Positions 1 through 12,825 are shown, counted from the stretch's first letter. The stretch: 64,000 nucleotides of DNA from Blasia pusilla (GCA_050084515.1 CM114271.1:23374001-23438000); one strand, 5' to 3'. Notes: generated from the sequence alone by a model not told the origin. Numbers and translations are program-made.

Positions 1-3000
1 CTCGCTACGCGAATGGTCATTCGGGACGCGTTTGCGGGTTATCGGAAGTCCGTCTTTGGGCCGACGGATGCAAGCCGGAGCTCAAAAGATTAGAGCCCAT
101 TCTGGATGAAGCAAACCTGGAAAGTTCTGTAGATTTCGAGGTTTGGCTTGAAGACATCCGGGACAAGCCAATAAAAAACCCAAGATTCAAGACAATGTTC
201 AAGGTTTGCGTCCTCCCTCAGGCAGAGCTTGACGAAGAAATCGAGGGGAACAAACCGGATCAAGCAAAGAAGAAGCGAGATCTACAGGAGCAGACGGCCG
301 ATTCAGTTCGAGTTAAAGCTGCCCAACGGATGGTCTTCAGGTACCTCGTCCAGTGTAAGAATGCAAGTACCTGGGGAAAATTACCGGCAACCTTGAAATT
401 GTGGGCTTCGCCGCCTGATGGAGAGACATTCTCCATGTACGACATGGAGATGGGGCAGCACATGTCTGATTGGGAGGTGGAGAATTGCCTCATTTGGCTT
501 GACTTCAATGACCCAAAAGACATCACCGATAAGGATTTACGAAGTGCTTCATGATGTAGTGGCCTCATGACAAGACGACATCCCCAATTTTGTGCAGCCT
601 GAAGACTTCTTCGGAGGAGATGCGGAAGAGCAAGCCCACGAGACAGCTGAGTTGGCTTCCAAGGTCCGCATAGCCAAAGACAAATCCACAACGGGTCTCA
701 AAGGCAAGGCGAGGGGAGGGAAAAATTCCAAGGCCGAGTCTTCCCAAAGAGAGGCTAAAGATTCAAGGCCAGAGGCGGAATCGTCCGGACGAGCGGGGAG
801 AGAGGATCGGACCAGGTCCTCGGCGAAAAAACTCCACCAGAGTCTGAGGTCATAGAGATCCCGACAAGCCGTCCGCAGACTCGGGAGAAGCGGAAGCGAG
901 AGGTGCCAGGGTTGTCCCAAGGAGAATACATTCCATCATCCTTGGGAAGACATAGATAAAGAACGACCCGGACAAGCGTCCTCCTTCAGTTCACTCCTTT
1001 ACTGGATGAGCTGAAAAACTTCAGTTCTCAAGCGTCGACACCAGCCATCGATAAATTGACAACGCTGGGACGGAAGCTCTAACAAAACGGGCACGCTGCC
1101 TGGACGGTGAATGGAGTGGTCGAAGAGGTTGCGGTGGATCTCTTGATCGCTGATCTGCCCTCGGGGTTGCAACTGTGGGGCGAGAAACCGTCGGACGGGG
1201 TACTTGAGTGGAATGTGCCGCTCTCTTATGACCAAATTGCGCTATTGTTCTCCTTTGCAGACGCCTATCTGAGTGACAGGGGTTGCTTCTTGGAGTTGAC
1301 TGGAGGGAGCGAGGACGAGCTCTTCAACCTCCAGTGCGTCAAGAGGTCGCTAAAGTGGGGGACGGCGCAATCGTGGATCATAAAAAACGAGTACCCACTC
1401 CGATCCGCGACGAGTCAGATTCGGGTAAGGCTCAATGAGTGTTAATTTCAGATAGTATATCTCCGTTTTTTTTGTCTGTGAGCAACCGTCGGAAGGCGAC
1501 GGGTTGCTCGCTTAGGGCAGCCCATGCTCGGCTGAGAGCAACCCGTCGGTTTCCAACGGGTTGCATCTTTCCTAGATACACAGGGAAAACCGTGGTGTAC
1601 CTGAAACCCGTCGGAACCCGACGGGTTGTAGTTGCTTTTGGTTTTTCCTTGTGTTTCCGGAAAGCTGCAACCCATCTGATAGCGATGGGTTGCTCTCAGC
1701 CGAGCATGGGCTGCTCTAGGCCAGCAACCCGTCGCCTCCCGACGGGTTGTTTTGTCCCTGACCAACCCATCGGAAGGCGACGGGTTGGTCAGGGACAAAA
1801 CAACCCGCCGGACTCCGGCAAAGTTGATCCAAAGTTAGTAATTGAAAAAGTTCTCTAGGGTCAAGCCGACTTCTTTAGTTGCTGACATTGTTTCCAACGT
1901 GCTTCTTTACAGATGGACCACTCCTACTTGTACTACTTCGTTCGGCCCGAGCACAATTTCTAGGTGTTCAAGATCCAGGATCCTGTGGATCGATGCTCAG
2001 ATGGGTACAACTTAGATAGTTTGTACAATTCCCCCCCGGGAATTTACATGCAAGACAATACCCCACTTCTGGGAGGAAGGGAAAAATCGCCAGCCCTAAT
2101 GCAAATGCTCATCGAGCTCTGCTCAAGGCCGGGTGACTTGGTGTTTGACTTAGTGGGACTTTCAGGGGCAAGTATCAAAGGCGCCTGGCAAAGTGGCAAG
2201 AACATTCTCTGCCTCGAGGGAAGGCAGAACTCGTTTGACCTTTGCAAGGAGGCAAAGGCGAATACTGAAAGGCTCGTTAGGCACAACTCTCCACCGAAGC
2301 CGAGAGCTCCGGTTCCAGACCCACCATTGGTAGTGACTCCATCGTCACTTCCAACGATTCCGAAAATCGGGAGGGCAAGGCCGAAAGTAATTTTGCAAGA
2401 GCTCTCGGACGATGACGAGTGAGTTCAAAGAACTCAACGACCACTTGCTTGACTCGCAAGCGTTTGGAGTAGGGAGTTTTTGATGATGAGGCAAAAGATT
2501 TCATAGAATAGATCAAATGTACAGTTCCGAAATTTTTTCGGATGATATAAAGGAGAAGATTTTTTCGAACGATGGTGGTGCTTGTAAAAGTTTGCTGAAC
2601 AATTTTTATGTCTTTTCAAATGTGATCGTCTATGTACTCCGCAGACTTCTATTTTGCAACCCGTCGGATTTCTCCTGCTTGCAACTTTTCACTTTTTGAT
2701 GATAGTACCTTTTTACCACTTCCAGGCAACTTGTCGGATTCCGACACGTTGCCCGATCGGACTCTTTCCCTGTTGGTCCAACTTAAGAGGAAGTCTGGCG
2801 GGCTTCTTCCCTTGGCACCTTCCCCTCAACTCGTAAAGGCAGGCGTAGGCTTCTTTTCTTCTCTGAGACGTGTTGGATTCCAACTACTTGTGCGATTGCC
2901 ATCATGGTATTACCAAGGATGGAGCACATATTGATATTGGATGGGTGTCACATTGCAGAGCGTACAAGGTATACTGCCGAGGAAGGCGGTGGGACTCAAA

Positions 3001-3190
3001 TTAGGTTACATGGGATCGTTATGGCGTACCTAGGGGGGGGCCAAGGCTCTCGAATTCGCCAACATTTTTTATCCCCGTCTACAATCGGCTAGAGGAGCCA
3101 CTTGTATCCCAGGAAATTCCTTTTGTACTGTCACCCAGGAGAGTTAGGAGTAAATTTGTAGATGATGAGGCTGAAGAAATAATAGACTAG
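1..3190 (+). pseudogene. 3' part of ParB/amino-methyltransferase-like cargo gene, copy A (exons ..1424, 1913-2418, 2959-3190)
   Basis: VDLLIADLPSGL (motif IV-like) and YLSDRG in ORF 1107-1445. Intron 1425-1912 (GTAAGG..TTTACAG). Next exon reads MDHSYLYYFVRP..EKSPALMQMLIELCSRPGDLVFDLVGLSGASIKGAWQSGKNILCLE (motifs X/I/II of beta-class N4/N6 MTases). Intron 2419-2958 is phase-compatible with a last exon ending RSKFVDDEAEEIID*. Stops and frameshifts present. Confidence 0.75.
1480..1810. repeat. Palindromic CAACCCGTCGG/CCGACGGGTTG repeat cluster in cargo-gene intron, copy A
   Basis: Several degenerate copies, e.g. AACCCGTCGGAACCCGACGGGTTG near 1605 and CAACCCATCGGAAGGCGACGGGTTG near 1763. Confidence 0.85.
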
Positions 3191-4294
3191 GTCAAATGTA
3201 TATTTCCGAGGTTCCTTCGGAGGTAATAAAGGACGAGATTTTTTCAACCCATAATGGTGTTTGTAAAAGTTTGCTGGAATATTTTGTTGGACTTGTGGAT
3301 TGTGTTCTTTTAGCTACTCAGAATGACAATTTTGCAACCCGTATGATTCCGACAGGTTGCAACTTTTTGCTTTTTTCCCACTGCAACTTTTTAACCATTT
3401 CCAAGCAAGCTATCGGATTCCGACAAGTTGACTTCTTGAGTGATCGGACTCTTTCACTGTGAGACCAACTTCTGACGCATTGTGGCGGGCTTCTTAACGT
3501 TTGTCTCGTTCCCCTACATTCGTCAAACCAGTTGTAGGCTTCTTTTCTTGTCTAAGATGTGCAGGATTCCTACTACCTATCGGATTGCCGTTTCGGATTC
3601 CCAACCTGTTAGATCGTCGTGGGTGCAGGGTGGAAGAAAATCACTTCTAAAAATCTTTCCTTTCTTATGGTGAGCTTTCTTACGGGTTGGGAGGGGTGCA
3701 GCTTCTCAGTTTCTCAGCCTTAGGATTTGAATGAAGGGACATTAGTTCCTCTTTACTCTCACACAGCTAACAATCTTTTGGTTCAATTATCCTCTCATGT
3801 GTTCACATTTCACAAATTTGGTCTCGAGCAGACACCATTCATAACCAACAGAAAGTTGGTTATGGGGCAATTCAAGGGAGGCCATGATGCAGGCAACAAT
3901 CCCTACAAAAAGAGAGGTTGGCATCCGGGTGGTCCTCCAACAAAAATACCCCTTGGGCATTGCTTTTTGTAGACCGAGACAGGTAATGTTAAGAAACTTA
4001 GGCTCAGATGGAGAGTGATGGAAAAATGTTTGTAGTGGTCTTATGATGTCTACTTTTTTTTCGCCCCCAGGAAAAAGGAGGTTTTTTTAGGGCCAAATGT
4101 GGACCACTACCTACTCTCTTCTAAAGATTTCATGAATTTGAAAGCAAACAAAAATTTCAAATATGTCAAAAAGTTTTGAAGAGAGGAGGCGGATTTGGCC
4201 CTTTTTTTTTAAGAGAGACTCTCCTCTCTTCCTCTCTTCCTCTCCTCTCTTACTTTCTCCTGCCACAATACCAGCCCCCGATGTTGCGGAACAC

Positions 4295-5510
4295 CACGTT
4301 GTTTACACCCTTCTTGGCTTGGAAGGGGTTGTTTTAGCACTTGGAGGGACCACCCATGGATGATTACCATGAGTTTAGGAAGGACCATGTTGCTGAGATT
4401 GAGGCGTGGAGACAATATTGGTCTCCAGGCTATGTGTCTATCACCCATGGTGGTATTGGTAGTATTGTTCCTACTATGTCAGCCAGCCCGACGTTGAGTG
4501 GTACGAGTACGAGCTGGAGTGGGAGTACCAGTGGAGGTACCCATGGAGGTACCAATGGGGGTACTAGTGGAGGTACTAGTGCCCCACCATCGTTCAGCCC
4601 GGTTGCAGAGTTCTTCAAGAGGTTGAAGAAGAACTATCAGGGAGTGAAGACAGAGAAGTTGAGAAGTCTTCAGGAATTTGAGCGAAAGACATGTGAGAGT
4701 CTTCGTGAGGCATAAACTCGTATGCGATGCTTGATTTCAGTTACCCAGGGTGTGACTGAGGCTCAGACAGTCCAATTTTGGTATGGGATCTTGGACACAA
4801 AGTTACGCCGCAGGGTACATGATGCTACTCTTATGAGTGATGATTCACCCACATTGACCCATGTGTTTGCTCTACATGAGAAGATTGAGCTTAACATGGT
4901 GAAGGAGAGAGTGTTGACATCCATATTCAATAGGGATACAACTATTACTTCTCGTGTTTAGCACCCCAGCTTACAATCTCGTAGTAGTAGTGGTGGTGGT
5001 AGTAGTAGTGGGAGTTGTGGGGGGTACACACGACCTCAATCAGGTCCTAGAGGGACACTTGCACAGAGACCATTGCCTTCATTTGCTGCCCCGTAGCAAG
5101 GAAAGTCATGTTGGACATGTGGAGGTGATCATGTTAGGAAGTTTTGTCCCCAAGAGGATGGGAGACGGACTTTGGAGGATGGGCCTCATTTGGCCCCAAC
5201 TCAGTGTGATCATTGCGGGAGACCAGGTCATCCCCGAGAGCTTTGCTTTGATCTTCATCTAGAGTTGAGATCACCCTGTGGCCATGGTGGAGTAGCTCCA
5301 AGAGGCCGAGGTGGTAGAGGTGGACCAATGGTTGGAGAGCCTACGGTGGCCACCCCTACTACTACGACACATCCAGCTATGGCTGCGAGGATTGAGCAGT
5401 TGGAGCATAAGTTGGCTACTATGGCTAGTATCCAGCATAGATCAGGTTCGGGAGCAAGGGCTTCCACCTCTTATGGAGGGGATGATCTCTCTTATATGGC
5501 GAAAAGATAG
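4295..5510 (+). pseudogene. gag: gag (degenerate) of PHD-family Gypsy element
   Basis: Homologous to the gag ORF at 62737 (AWxGxFxHLEG..MDDYHEF..FxPVxEF..EKLRS..RESLxEA). CCHC knuckles present. Stops and frameshifts. Confidence 0.8.
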
Positions 5511-5728
5511 GTTGAGGCATCAGTGCGATTTGAGAGGAGCCACTCGGCGTCGAGCCACGTGGTGCTATTGTGAGTTGGACCCACAGAGGGGTGAGGCAGG
5601 GAGGCAGGCTAGGCTTCCCCAGTCATTCTTGTTGTCTAAGGTGCTTAGGACTCCATCCATGGTTCCTATGCAGCCTATTGAGCCGATAGTGGGGAGTGAG
5701 GCATCTACATCGCGTGTAGAAGGCCCAG

Positions 5729-7790
5729 TTGGTGGCGGCGCCTATCTTGAGGAGACCTATCAGAGGGCGCCCATTTCAGTTACACACTGATTGGAGTAGG
5801 TTGGGACTTGGAGCGGTGTTGACACAACATGATGATGAGCACATGCATTTTGTGGTGGCCTATGCAAGTCGTTCGAATAATGCAGCAGAGTCGCGCTATA
5901 GTTCATATGAGGGAGAGTGCTTGGCAATAGTGTGGGTTGTGCCACACTTTAGGTGTTACTTGTTTGGCACACAGTTTACCCTTGTTACTGATCACCAGCC
6001 GCTCAAGTGGTTGATGGAGTGTGACAAGCTTATAGGGAAGCTTGCATGGTGGGCTCTTATCTTACAGGAGTATGACTTCCAGGTGGTACATAGACCTGGA
6101 GTTGCCAACCTTGATGCTGATGGGTTGAGTAGGAACCCATGTACTAGCCAAGAGGATGCAACTGGGGCTAGATGGCATGGCAAAGTTGATGAGGAGATGG
6201 TGCCAGGTTGGCATGCATCCGCCTTTTTATGTTGGTTAGAGGTGGACTCTAGTATGGAGGACCACATGACATCTTACTCTAGTTAGAGGGTAGATGGCCA
6301 GCCTTCAGATCCTAAGGTTGGAGATGGTGGTACGGATCAGCGTGATATTCATGATGATGCATTGGTGTTGGAGTTCCTACGGACCAGTAGGGTGCCAGGC
6401 ATAGTGAGTGCCAAGGAGCGACACCATGTTTTTCAACGTGCTAAGAGGTATCGATTGGAGGAAACACATATTCTCCGTGTGTGGGAGGATGGTAGAGTAC
6501 AAGTAGTGCCGCATTTGGCTCAGAGAGAGCGCATTGTGCGACATGCCCGTGAGGAGTTTGGACATTTTGGGGTAAAGCGTACGTATAGCTTACTCCTTGG
6601 TCAGTATTGGTGGCGTGGCATGCATACTCAGGTGCAGCAATTGGTGTCACGTTGTATGGTTTGTGACCGGGTGAGGGCATCATTCAATGCCCCTACACCA
6701 CGATTACACCCCTTGCCTATTATGGGGTTGGGTTACCGTTGGAGTGTGGACTTTTTTGGACCGTTACCGTTGCATTTATGCGACATCATCGATATGTGTT
6801 GGTGATGGTGGAGCACTTCTCCAAGTGGATTGAGTTGGTGGCATTACCTGACAAGGCAAGTGAGGGAACGGCGTATGCGTTTCTTGATAGAAGGCTTAGT
6901 CATTTTGATGCACCAGCTGAAGTGCTAACCGACCAGGGTACAGAGTTTTAGGGTGAGTTTCAGGTCTTGTGTGACAAGGCGTTGATTGATCATCGAACCA
7001 CGTCTCGAGATCATCCAGAGGCGGATGGTTTGGCTGAGCGTGTGGTTCAACGGTGAAGAGGGCATTGCACAAGTATGGCCTACAAAAGGGGCATCTTGGA
7101 GATTGGGATATTCACTTGCCATGGTTAGCCATGGGGTATAGGTTCAGTCGCCAAGCATCCTTGGCTTCCTTCTCACCTTATTTTCTTTTATACGGCCGAG
7201 ATCCAAACTTGCCAGCAGCAATTTGTCGGGAGTCTAGTGAGGTGGTGAACCTTGATGACCCAGAGATGTAGATGAGGGTGTGTTCTCAGCGGGCAGAGCT
7301 CTTCGGAGAGTTATGCCAACAGCCTTTGAGAATCTTGCCATTGCTCAACATAGAGATACATTGCGGTATGCAACCACTCGGGGTGGAGGTTATCGACCAT
7401 CAATTCGTAGGTTCCATGTGGGGGACTATGTCTATTTGCAGCAGATTGCACCGACAACGTTGGATGTGACGGCAGGCCGCACTATTTTACGAGTGCGCGA
7501 GGTGTTAGCTTCTAGAGTTCTCATGTTGGAGGGTCGTGATGGAGTTTTTTGGAAGGACCATGTGCGTAATTGTGCACCATGTCATCTTTCCAAATATGGA
7601 TGGTACTGTTGACCCAAGCTTAGCCATGATACGTGCTAGCTTGAGGTGCATGTTGTGTGGGTCTGCTGGTAACGCAACCCGTATGTTGGTGTGTGATCGG
7701 TGTTCTAGGGGTTGGCACATGATGTGTTTGACTCCACGTATGGATGTTGTTCCTCTGGAAGGTGGGTTTATCCTTGATGTATTTAGGAGA
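5729..7790 (+). pseudogene. pol: pol remnant: RNase H, integrase (HHCC, DDE) and C-terminal PHD finger
   Basis: GHFGVKRT..YWWRGM..CMVCDR (integrase zinc finger); WSVDF, TDQGTEF, ADGLAERVV (core); CMLC..CDRCSRGWHMMC..W (C4HC3 PHD, ~7646-7780). Confidence 0.9.
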
Positions 7791-7961
7791 GGTAGATGAC
7801 TTGATCTTTGTATGATATGGATTACAGATGTGCGACTAATGATGGGGCAACCTAGCACCCGGCCTTCTCATTCGTGCACCCACGAAGGTGTATAACATGT
7901 AGTAGATGTATAGGGCTACCTAGGAGTTAGAGGGACCTAACCTCTAGTTAGGGGGGCGAGT

Positions 7962-8065
7962 TGTGGTACACTTATGTTTGTGGATGCTCTTGTCTATGTT
8001 ATGTATGTATGTGAGTATGGTATGTCAGCGATGTATGTTGTATGACGATATGGATTCGCACGACA
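7962..8065 (+). repeat. Short (104 bp) terminal repeat / putative 3' LTR, TGTGGTAC...GCACGACA
   Basis: Starts immediately after the PPT. Near-identical copy at 8437-8540 and a related unit at 38067-38201, all ending at GCACGACA. Confidence 0.6.
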
Positions 8066-8067
8066 GC

Positions 8068-8414
8068 TGTCATAACCATACGGATTATGTCGTAGAGTAT
8101 AGTGTGCTAGTCAAGGCCATACCTTATGTAGGACCGTAGTGGCTAGGTAGAGATACGGTTTCATACATAGGGTTGGGGGTTACTCACTTGGGGGTGACTT
8201 TCCCAATAGGGCCCGCTCTTAGGTTGGAGGATATAGTGTGGAGTGCACCCAAAGAACAGTCAGTTCTTTGAGTTGAGCCTGTTGCGTTGGGAGTTAGCCT
8301 TGGTAGTGAGTAGAGATCTTGGCTATGGTGTTTCCCGCAAGCTTTGACCTAGATTCTCCCATCGTGGGGTGGGTTTGGCTTGATTGTATGTGATTCTATA
8401 CATATTTTATGACA
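8068..8414 (+). repeat. LTR-like segment bounded by TGTCATAA...TTATGACA
   Basis: Perfect 8-bp terminal inverted repeat. Shares GCTATGGT..GGGTTTGGyTTGA with the LTR-like region at 60818-61390. No TSD seen. Confidence 0.4.
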
Positions 8415-8436
8415 AAAGTCTTTCACGGATTTCAGT

Positions 8437-8540
8437 TGTGGTACACTTATGTTTGTGGATGCTCTCGCCTATGTTATATATGTATGTGAATATGGTATGT
8501 GAGCGATGTATGTTGTATGACAATGTGGATTCGCACGACA
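8437..8540 (+). repeat. Second copy of the 104-bp short terminal repeat
   Basis: Aligns end-to-end with 7962-8065. Confidence 0.8.
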
Positions 8541-9104
8541 CACATGGGAGAGAGGAGAGATAAGTTTCAAGAACGTACATATTTTGGAACATAACTAGAT
8601 TCTGCTGCTAGTTTAAATCCTCTTGCCACTTATGAATTTGGTGATGATGCTTTGAAGATTTGGCGACATAAGAAGCAAAAATATATCTGGCATGACCTCC
8701 ATCCTTTGAGTAGTGATGAAGAATGTGCAAATTTAGAGACTATGCCTTAGTTGGAGCTAATAAAGTTGTTGTGGAGACTTTGAAGGAAGGGTTGCAAGAA
8801 GCAAGAAGCATGTGTATTATGATGCAGATGTGTCCACATTCATCTTGCAAGGAAACAGATCGAATATGGTGGGAGATGCCTTGGGAGGTGGAGAAAAAAA
8901 CTTGGTTGCGTGATTGCCAAGAATTATCAATTTTTTATCTGCATTGTGAAGTTGATTATGAAACAACCCTTATGAAAAACGAGCATGCAAGTTATCGTGA
9001 TGGTGTAAGGGCAAACATTTGGAATGATTTTGTTCCATTAGTTCACTCGTCTAATTTGTGGAATGAACCAAATCCTCCCTTAGTTCTCCCAAGTGATAAC
9101 AATA

Positions 9105-11816
9105 GGGGGCTGGTATTCTGGGAGGAGAGAGTAAGAGAGAGAGTAAGAGAGGAGAGTCTCTCTAAAAAAAAAAGGGCAGAATCCGCCTCCTTCTTTAAAA
9201 CTTTTTGAAATTTTGAAATTTTTGTTTGCTGTCAAATTCATGAAATCTTTAGAAGAGAGTAGCAAGTGGACCACATTAGGGCCAAAAGTAACCTTCTTTT
9301 TCCTGGCTTGGAAAAATAAGTAGACATCATAAGACCACTACAAACATTCTTTCATCACTCTTCATGTGAGCCCAATTTTCTTCACATTTCCTATCTAAGC
9401 CAGCTCTATAGACAGTCGGGCTGAGGGGTATTATTGTTGGAGGACCATCGGCAGATAATTTGACCAGAAGTAACAATTTCATCTCAATGAAAGGTTCAAA
9501 TAAAGACTCTAACTATGGTCTCAATAGACTCTTATGCCCTTCAAGGTTTAACTTCTCCAAAGATGTGGTTGATATTATGGATTGTTGACTCTTCTTGCAA
9601 AATGCATTAAATATCCCATCCCATCAATACTCATCCATGAGGGGGCTTTAAACAACAGAAAAAATCACTCATCACTAATGGTAGCCGAAGACTTTCATGA
9701 CAACATTGATGATGTTGGCTCATGAATGGGTGCATAAAGTATACCATGGAGTGCTATGCGTTTGAAAACTTGGTTTCACCATTCTCTCAGCCACTGAGAA
9801 ATGTATGCATCAAGAAGAAAATGTGATCAGACTGAGAGGACAATTGAAGCAAAAGGTTGATAGTTGTCAGGAGTAAAGAAGAACTGATGCACCCATGTCC
9901 CTTCATTTAGACCCTAAATGTCGGAATCCGACAGGTTGCAACTCTTGCAACCCGTCGGGATCCGATGGGTTGCACCCATTGCAAGCAAGGACACCACAAG
10001 AAAAGAAGGATCTTGATAAGTGATTCCATTCCACCCTGCAATCCATAAGAATCCGATAGGTTGGGAATCCAACATGAAAATCTGACACGTAGTAGGAATC
10101 CAACACGCCTCTAAAATACCGTGTTAGAGAAGAATGGTGTGACGATAATGGGGGAACCAGGCAAAAGTGAAGAAACCTGCTTGAATGCCTGAAAAGTTGG
10201 ACTAACAGGAAAAGAGTGGGATCACTCAAGCAGCCAACTTGTCAGAATCTGACAAGTTGCCTGAAAGGGGTTTAAAATATTGTGACAAGTTGCAACCCGT
10301 TGGAATCCGACGGGTTGCAAAATAAACAACATCGAGTAGATAGACCAACACAATTGACAAGAACAAAAAAAAATTCATCAAAATTTTACAAAAACCATCA
10401 TGGTTCAAAAACTTCTTGTCCTTTATTACATCCGAGGGAAGCTCAGAAATGTACATTTGATCTAGTCTATGATTTCTTCAGCCTCTTCATCTAAAAATTT
10501 ACTCCTAACTCTCCTAGGTTCTTGTACAAAAGGAATATCTTGGGATACAAGTGGCTCCTCTAGCCGATTGTAGACCGGGACTATAAATGTTGGGGAATTC
10601 GAGAGCCTTGGCCCCTCCCTAGGTACACCATAATGGTCCCATATAACATGATTTGAGTCCTAACCCCTTCCTCGATAGTAAATCTTGTATGCTCTACAAG
10701 GTGACACCCATCCAATATCAATATGTGCTCCGTCCTTGGAAAGCACTAAATCCCAACTCCAAAACACTTCAGTCAAGCTTGGTCCAATAAATCTTTGAAC
10801 TCACTTGTGATCGTCCGATAGCTCTTCCAGAATTACTATTAGCTTTGCCCTCCGGATTTTTGGAATAGTAGGAAGTGACGATGGTGTCTCTATCAATGGT
10901 GGCTCTAGAATTGGAGTTGTTGGCTTTGTAGGAGAGTTGTATACTCCCACTAGCCTCTCGTAATCCGCCTCTACCTCTTTGCAAAGGTCAAAAAGTTATG
11001 GCCTTCCCTCAAGGCAGAGAATGTTCCTAGCACTCTACCATGCGCCTTTGATACTTGCCCTTGATAGGCCCACTAAGTCAAAGACCAAGTCACCCAGCCT
11101 CAAGCAAAGCTCCATGATTGTTTGCATCAAGGCAGGTGACTTCTCCCTTCCTCCAAGTAAGGGGGTCCCTTCCTCCATGAAAATTCCCAGGGGGGAATTG
11201 TAGAGATTATCTAAGCTATACCCATCGGAGCATGGATCCACTAGATCCGGGATCAGGAACACCAGGAAGTTGTGCTCGGGCCTTATAAAGCAGTAGACAA
11301 ATGAGTGGTCCATCTATGAATAAGCAGGTGGAAAATAATGTTAGCAAAGAGAAAAAGCTAGTGGACCGCTGGTCTACTCTCAATATAGTAACACAATGTG
11401 CAACCGGTCGGGATCCAACGGGTTGCTCATTTGGCTAGGCAGAGGAGCAACCTGTCGGAGTCCGACGGGTTGCTTTTCAACCCGTCCTACTAGTCCATAG
11501 TGATTACCAACCCGTCCAAACTTGGCCTATAGGCCTGACAGAACAACAACCTGTCGGAGTCCGACGGGTTGTTTTACAACTCTAAGTGGATTCTTTGGCT
11601 ATGAGCAATCCTTCTAAAGCTGACCCGCCAACAAGTTGCTCATTTTGTTGGACAGAACCTCCACCTGTCGGAGTTTGATGGTTGGCTTACAACTGAATAC
11701 AATTGTTCAGAGTTGAGAAGTTCCTAATATCATAGCAACCCGTCGCTTTCAGAGAGATTGCATCACTCCAAAAACATGCGGAAAAGCAATGCTACTTGCA
11801 ACCCATTGGGTTTCGA
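9105..11816 (+). mobile_element. MULE-MTase element copy C (diverged left end, interrupted by copy B)
   Basis: Begins GGGGGCTGGTATTCTGGGAGGAGAGAGTAAGAG. Contains the subterminal block, the last two cargo-gene exons (minus strand) and a palindrome-rich intron. Confidence 0.8.
10462..11313 (-). pseudogene. Last two exons of amino-MTase-like cargo gene, copy C
   Basis: MDHSFVYCFIRPEHNF..GGREKSPALMQTIMELCLRLGDLVFDLVGLSRASIKGAW*, then a last exon ending VRSKFLDEEAEEIID*. Confidence 0.75.
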
Positions 11817-12825
11817 GGGGGCTGGTATTCTGGCAGGAGAGAGTAAGAGAGGAGAGGAAGAGAAGAGAGTCTCTCTTCAAGAAAAAGGGCCAAATCCGCC
11901 TCCTCTCTTCAAAACTTTTTGACACATTTGAAATTTTTGTTTGCTTTAAAATTCAGGAAATCTTTAGAAGAGAGTATTTAGTGGTCCACATTTGGCCCTA
12001 AAAAAACCTCCTCTTTCCTGGGGGCGAGAAAAAAGGAGACATCATAAGACCACCCTAAACATTTTTCCATCACTCTCCATGTGAGCCTAAGTTTCTTAGC
12101 ATTCCTTGTCTTGGTCAACAAAAAGCAGTGCCCTTGGTATTTTTGTTGGAGGACCACCCAGATGGGTACCTCTCTTTTTGCAGGGATTGTTGCCTGCATC
12201 ATGGCCTCCCCTAAATTGCCCCATAACCAACTTTCGGTTGCAGAATGGTGTCTGCTCAAGACCAACTTTCTGAAATGTGAACAAATCAGATCCTAAGGCT
12301 GAGAAACCGAGAAGCTGCACCCCTCCCAACCCGTAAGAAAGCTCACCATAAGAAAGGAAAGATTTTTAGAAGTGATTTTCTTCCACCCTACACCCACGAC
12401 GATCTAACGGGTTGGGAATCCGAAATGGCAATCCGACAGGTAGTAGGAATCCTACACATCTTAGACAAGAAAAGAAGCCTACAATTGGTTGGACGAATGA
12501 AGGGGAACGAGCCAAAAGTCAAGAAGCCCGCCACAATGCGTCAGAAGTTGGTCTCATTGGGATAGAGTCCGATCACTCAAGCAATCAACCTGTCGGAATC
12601 CGACAGATTGCCTGGAAATGGTTAAAAAGTTGCAGTGGGCAAAAAGCAAAAAGTTGCAACCCGTTGGAATCATACGGGTTGCAGAACTGTAATTCTGAGT
12701 AGCTAAAAGAACACAATCCACAAGTCCAGAATCATATTCCAGCAAACTTTTACAAACACCATTATGGGTTGAAAAAATCTCGTCCTTTATTACCTCCGAA
12801 GGAACCTCGGAAATGTAGATTTCAC

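Larger units (their letters stand above)
1..4279 (-). mobile_element. MULE-MTase element copy A (cargo-gene end; continues upstream of the window; inverted relative to copies B/C/D)
   Basis: Co-linear reverse complement of 11817-~16068. Ends in ...GCCACAATACCAGCCCCC at 4279, the reverse complement of the terminus at 9105 and 11817. Directly abuts a Gypsy gag sequence. Confidence 0.85.
4280..8065 (+). mobile_element. Ty3/Gypsy retrotransposon (PHD-integrase family), 5'-truncated by MULE copy A, internally deleted (no PR/RT)
   Basis: gag remnant (HLEGPPMDDYHEF, zinc knuckles CWTCGGDH and CDHCGRPGHPRELC) joins directly to RNase H (RPFQLHTDWS..YSSYEGECLA..TDHQPL) at ~5729. Integrase and PHD follow, then PPT AGTTAGGGGGGCGAG at 7946-7960 and TGT at 7962. 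Confidence 0.9.

Noticed and set aside
8068-8414. Clean solo LTR or MITE insertion
   Set aside because: Terminal inverted 8-mers are present but flanks (ACAGC / AAAGT) show no TSD. Kept only as an LTR-like segment.
8723-9104. 161-aa ORF next to copy C
   Set aside because: No recognisable motif, and it runs into the MULE terminus. Probably a TE relic but cannot be assigned.
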